64,000 nt of DNA, taken from positions 32,001 to 96,000 of the forward strand of contig CAWDRG010000011.1 of assembly GCA_963804645.1 (NCBI GenBank). The letters are read 5' to 3'. The position numbers and the translations under genes are program-made. This DNA is from an uncultured Bacillota bacterium (GTDB taxonomy: Bacteria > Sysuimicrobiota > Sysuimicrobiia > Sysuimicrobiales > Segetimicrobiaceae). Under the pieces are notes generated by a model. It did no database searches, was not told the DNA's origin, and saw only the letters and a program-made list of their open reading frames with translations. The first letter of the stretch is position 1. Every line of letters begins with the position of its first letter. Shown here in pieces: positions 60,525 through 64,000 of the stretch.

Positions 60525-61460
60525 TCAGCGCGATGCGGTCGCCAAGGCACGCTCGAGCCGCTGAATCGCCGGCACGGCACACACGACGCGTGGCGCGTCC
60601 GAGGTCGCCGCGCAGATCGCCGCCGTGAGCACGTTGGCCGTCCCGATGATCGCGCGCGCGTCGGCGGACCCCGGATCGGCGAGTTGCCCAATGATCGTGG
60701 ACTGAGACTGTCCCTGCAGCAGTCCGGGGCTATACCCGGTGCCCGAAAGCACGTACCGGTTGGCGATGTCGATAAACGGAATGCCGCCGGCGCGCGCCAT
60801 GTACGGCGGCGCGTCATACTGCTGGTAGAGCTGCGTGTCCGCGGCGCTGAGGGCGTCAAGCGGCGGATAGACCCCGTTCACCCGGACATTGCCGCTCTTC
60901 TCCACCCCGGTAAAGTCCACGTAGGTGCCCAGGTACGTCGATCCGTGAAATGTCAGCGTCGGCGTGCTCGGGAACTCGATGTCCGCCGCGGACTGCGAGT
61001 ACCGCAGGCTCTCGAAGCGGCCGAACCGGCTGAGCGCGACCACGAGCGCCCACCGCTGGGCCGCACAGAACGGACAGAAGTCGCCGCCGACGTACAGCAC
61101 ACGCGGCAGCCCCCGCTCGCCGCGGAGCGTCGGTCCCGCGACCGGCACCGGCACCGCGGTGGTCGTGCCCGCGCCGATCGCGGCGGACACGGACATCGGG
61201 ACGGCTTGCACGGCGTGCAGCAAGGCGGGCGGCACCAGCGCGGAGTCGGCGGAGGACGCCCTGGAAGGCGTGAGCACGGCCGCCGCGAGCGCGGCGCTCA
61301 CGACGAGCGCGCCCGCACTGAGAAGGAACGCACGATACGAACGCTCGCGGCGGGCGGGCCGGTGAACTCCGCCGGAGTAGCCGTGCACGCGCACGTCGGC
61401 TCGCCCAGCCGTGCCTCGATGGGACGAACCATGACCGGAGCCCTCATCGCATCTGGACAT
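60525..61460 (-). CDS. DUF929-like membrane-anchored thioredoxin-fold protein
   Basis: TM segment; YVGGDFCPFCAAQRWALVVALSRFG, TPTLTF, GIPFIDIAN, ANVLTAAIC; start uncertain. Confidence 0.8.
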   Translation of the reverse strand: MSRCDEGSGHGSSHRGTAGRADVRVHGYSGGVHRPARRERSYRAFLLSAGALVVSAALAAAVLTPSRASSADSALVPPALLHAVQAVPMSVSAAIGAGTTTAVPVPVAGPTLRGERGLPRVLYVGGDFCPFCAAQRWALVVALSRFGRFESLRYSQSAADIEFPSTPTLTFHGSTYLGTYVDFTGVEKSGNVRVNGVYPPLDALSAADTQLYQQYDAPPYMARAGGIPFIDIANRYVLSGTGYSPGLLQGQSQSTIIGQLADPGSADARAIIGTANVLTAAICAATSDAPRVVCAVPAIQRLERALATASR

Positions 61461-61682
61461 ACCTCACCCCCGCACCGCAGCTCACGGCGTACCATCCAGC
61501 CGTGTCATGCCGCAACCTCGGCGCCGCAACACGCACACCGGAGCTACCGCACCTGACACATCTCTTCAACAAACAGGATATCGCGCACCGAGGGGGCGCT
61601 TATATACAGCATTAACCTGATCTTGGCTGGGCCGTAGTACGGCACCGCCGCGAGATCCACAAGGGATGGTGCGCGACGCGGT

Positions 61683-63002
61683 CTAGCGGGGCAGGCTGGC
61701 TTGCGGAGGTATCTCGAACACGAGCAGGGCATCGCCGACCGGCCGCTCGTGGCCGTCGGAAGGCGAGTTCACCACCGTCGGCGCCGAGCGCCGCGGAAAC
61801 CGCACCACCATCGTCACCGACCCGCCGCTGTCGAAGGCCATGGCCTGATCGGCCCCGAGCCACTGCAGGTACGAGGCAAGTTCCGGCTGCGTCAGCCCCA
61901 CGCTCCCCCGCTGGCGCCCATCGACCCCGACGAGAAGCATCGTGTGACCGTCGCGCAGGATCCCGACACCGAGCACGGGACGCCGGATGTAGCGTTCATG
62001 CGGGGCGGGCGACCGCGGATCGTCGACCAGGCGCCCGTGCTCCACCAGCAGCGGACCCCCGCCGATCGCCAGGTGCGCCGACCTCCAGTCCGGGGTCGTC
62101 GCCAGATTGAGCAGGGCGTCGGCCCCGGCGATCACGTGGTCGCGGAGCCAGTCGGACGCCCGGCCGCGGCCGACCAGCAGCAGTTCACCCTTGGGAAACG
62201 GCGCGTAGTAGGCTTGACCCGGCCAGACCTGCTTCACGCGGTACGGCACGCCCGCGGGGGGCGACGGCTCGGTCGTCAACGAGAATCCGGAGTCGGCGGA
62301 CGCCGGCTGTGCCTGGTCGCTCGGAGCCAGCTCGACGACGGTCTGGCGCACCCCCGGGTCGGGAGGCGGGGCCCCGTAGCCGCGCACGTTCGAGAGCGCG
62401 GTAATGCCCTCCCGGACGAGCCCGGTGTTGAAGCCCGCGATCCAGTACGACGTGTGGGCGTCGGGCAGCACCAGCGATCCGTCCCAATCGTAGCGCACGA
62501 TCGCCGCGCTCCCGTCCTTCCCCACGGTCAGCGCGGCGCGGCTCGACGGACTCCGCAGCAGCTCGCCGTTCCGCACGACGATGTTCAGCGGCATGCCGGA
62601 GTCGCCGATATCGAAAAAGTCGCCGTTCACCCCGGCCACCGCCTGGGTACGCCCGACCATCGACGAGACCGTCTCGTCGCGACTGATCAGCTGCTCGTGG
62701 GCCAAGCCGAGCCCCAACCGTACGGTCGGGACGTTGAGATCGACGCGGAGCCGGTAGAGTCGGAGCGGACCGGACGACGTGAGCAGACGATACCGGCTGA
62801 GGGTCACGCCAGGGGCGATCGCCGTGGACATCCCGAACGATGCGCTGGCGGTACGCCACCACGGCGACGATGCGGCAGAGCTGGGCACGGCGAGAAGGCC
62901 AGCGAGGAGCCCGGCGCACAACAGGCCGACCAAGTAGCGAGCGCGATCACTGTGTCGATTCACGCGGCGATGATTAGTCCCGGCTCGTCTGCGACGTGGC
63001 AT
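61683..63002 (-). CDS. Secreted phosphodiester glycosidase (NAGPA-like) family protein
   Basis: Signal peptide; VAGVNGDFF, IGGGPLLV, VDGRQ..SVG, FDSGGS, NSPSDGHERPV. True start may be GTG 62963. Confidence 0.85.
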   Translation of the reverse strand: MPRRRRAGTNHRRVNRHSDRARYLVGLLCAGLLAGLLAVPSSAASSPWWRTASASFGMSTAIAPGVTLSRYRLLTSSGPLRLYRLRVDLNVPTVRLGLGLAHEQLISRDETVSSMVGRTQAVAGVNGDFFDIGDSGMPLNIVVRNGELLRSPSSRAALTVGKDGSAAIVRYDWDGSLVLPDAHTSYWIAGFNTGLVREGITALSNVRGYGAPPPDPGVRQTVVELAPSDQAQPASADSGFSLTTEPSPPAGVPYRVKQVWPGQAYYAPFPKGELLLVGRGRASDWLRDHVIAGADALLNLATTPDWRSAHLAIGGGPLLVEHGRLVDDPRSPAPHERYIRRPVLGVGILRDGHTMLLVGVDGRQRGSVGLTQPELASYLQWLGADQAMAFDSGGSVTMVVRFPRRSAPTVVNSPSDGHERPVGDALLVFEIPPQASLPR

Positions 63003-63006
63003 GTCT

Positions 63007-63033
63007 GTTCGAGGCTCGACCGACGGCTCCTGC
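63007..63033 (-). promoter_or_regulatory. Sigma-H-like promoter GCAGGA-N17-GAAC
   Basis: Immediately upstream of the phosphodiester glycosidase gene. Confidence 0.55.
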
Positions 63034-63153
63034 TGCATCCCCTGGAAAGTGGCCGTCTGTGTGCGCCTGGGCCCCTCACTGGAGAAGACGGCGCAGCGCC
63101 GCGTCTGTCTCACCGCCGGTGCGCGCCCCGCCGCATCGGGCGCCGACGCCTCG

Positions 63154-63181
63154 ACAGGGGACGGGCTCCGGACGCGCGAAG
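63154..63181 (+). promoter_or_regulatory. Sigma-H-like promoter ACAGGG-N18-GAAG
   Basis: 38 nt upstream of ATG 63219. Confidence 0.5.
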
Positions 63182-63218
63182 ACCCGAGAGCGACCGCACA
63201 AAGGGAGGGACACGACGC

Positions 63219-64000
63219 ATGCAGACACCAACGACGGCGACACGCACCACCCTGGATGCCCTGATGGAGGAGTACGTCGCCTGCCACCCGCGCTCGCGTG
63301 CCCTGTTCGAACGGGCGTGCCAGGCGCTGCCGGGTGGCGATACCCGCACGACCGTCTATTTTCGCCCCTTCCCGCCCTACATCGAGCGGGGCGACGGGTG
63401 CCGGATGTACGACGTGGACGGCCACGTGCTGCTCGATCTCCTCGCCAACTACACCTCGATGATCTGGGGCTACGCCCATCCCGAGATCGTGGAGGCCATC
63501 CGGCGTCAAGCCGCGCTGGGCAGCTCGTTCGCGGCGCCCACGGAGGATCAAGTGCGGCTCGCCGAGCTCCTGCGGGAACGGCTCCCCTCGCTTGCCAAGG
63601 TCCGCTTCACCAACTCCGGGACCGAGGCCGCCATGAACGCGATGCGGGCGGCGCGCGCCTTCACCGGACGCAGCAAAATCGTGAAGATCGAGGGCGGGTA
63701 CCACGGCAGTTCGGACGCCGCGGAGATCAGCGTGCGCCCGGATCCGGCCTCCGCGGGCCCGGCGGCGCGGCCCCACGCGGTCCCCGCGCGGGGCGTGCCG
63801 GCATCCGTCGCGCGCGAGGTCATTCCCGCGCCGTTCAACGACGCCGGAGCCGTCGAGGCGATCCTGCGGGCGCACCCCGGCGAGATCGCCGCCCTGATCG
63901 TGGAGCCGGTCATGGGAGCGGGCGGCGTGATCCCGCCGCGAGACGGCTTCCTCACGGCGCTGCGGCGGCTCACCGAGGCGATGGACATCGTCCTGATATT
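63219..64000 (+). CDS. Class III PLP aminotransferase (glutamate-1-semialdehyde aminomutase-like), 3'-truncated by the window
   Basis: Manual translation: LPGGDTR, RGDGCRMYDVDG, VRFTNSGTEA, RAFTGR, EGGYHGS, PFND, LIVEP; GGGAGG RBS. Confidence 0.9.
   Translation, partial: MQTPTTATRTTLDALMEEYVACHPRSRALFERACQALPGGDTRTTVYFRPFPPYIERGDGCRMYDVDGHVLLDLLANYTSMIWGYAHPEIVEAIRRQAALGSSFAAPTEDQVRLAELLRERLPSLAKVRFTNSGTEAAMNAMRAARAFTGRSKIVKIEGGYHGSSDAAEISVRPDPASAGPAARPHAVPARGVPASVAREVIPAPFNDAGAVEAILRAHPGEIAALIVEPVMGAGGVIPPRDGFLTALRRLTEAMDIVLI

Noticed and set aside
61585..61605. CTGTATATAAG resembling a LexA box
   Set aside because: Only a half-site with no symmetric CAG; more likely an AT-rich promoter patch.
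63219..64000. Calling the last gene hemL
   Set aside because: Truncated, N-terminal motif PGGDTR differs from canonical PGGVNSP, and no heme genes are adjacent in the window.

Overview
A gene-dense, very GC-rich bacterial chromosomal segment of about 49 CDS. No rRNA, tRNA or CRISPR array was seen. Left to right: a truncated secreted Cu-amine-oxidase-N/AMIN protein; a peptide ABC operon with two paralogous Tat binding proteins, a frameshifted permease and no ATPase; glk, an aldo-keto reductase, a Cld/ChdC-like protein and DinB; a one-polypeptide membrane sensor-PAS-GAF-GAF-PP2C-RsbW-STAS protein; hydantoinase/oxoprolinase pair 1; an orphan membrane protein; an S9 peptidase; a joint caa3-type oxidase plus Rieske/cytochrome b-c operon; htrA; a Liv-type ABC transporter with hydantoinase/oxoprolinase pair 2 and CocE; pdhABC; HAD-zwf-MFS-GH15-glucose dehydrogenase; mgsA; RidA; ggt-PanE-like-M20; a cold-shock gene; a decayed DDE transposase; sulfatase, secreted protein, anSME and DUF929; a phosphodiester glycosidase; and a truncated class III aminotransferase. 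The most notable non-obvious signals are: (1) a recurring sigma-H(Spo0H)-like promoter motif, (A/C/G)(C/G)AGG(A/G)-N17/18-GAA, in front of many operons; (2) a sigma70 promoter followed about 75 nt later by an intrinsic terminator upstream of mgsA (sRNA or attenuator); (3) a probable AUU start codon; (4) a complete partner-switching cascade in one protein; (5) a supercomplex-like respiratory operon. All calls come from motif recognition by eye; no database searches were run.
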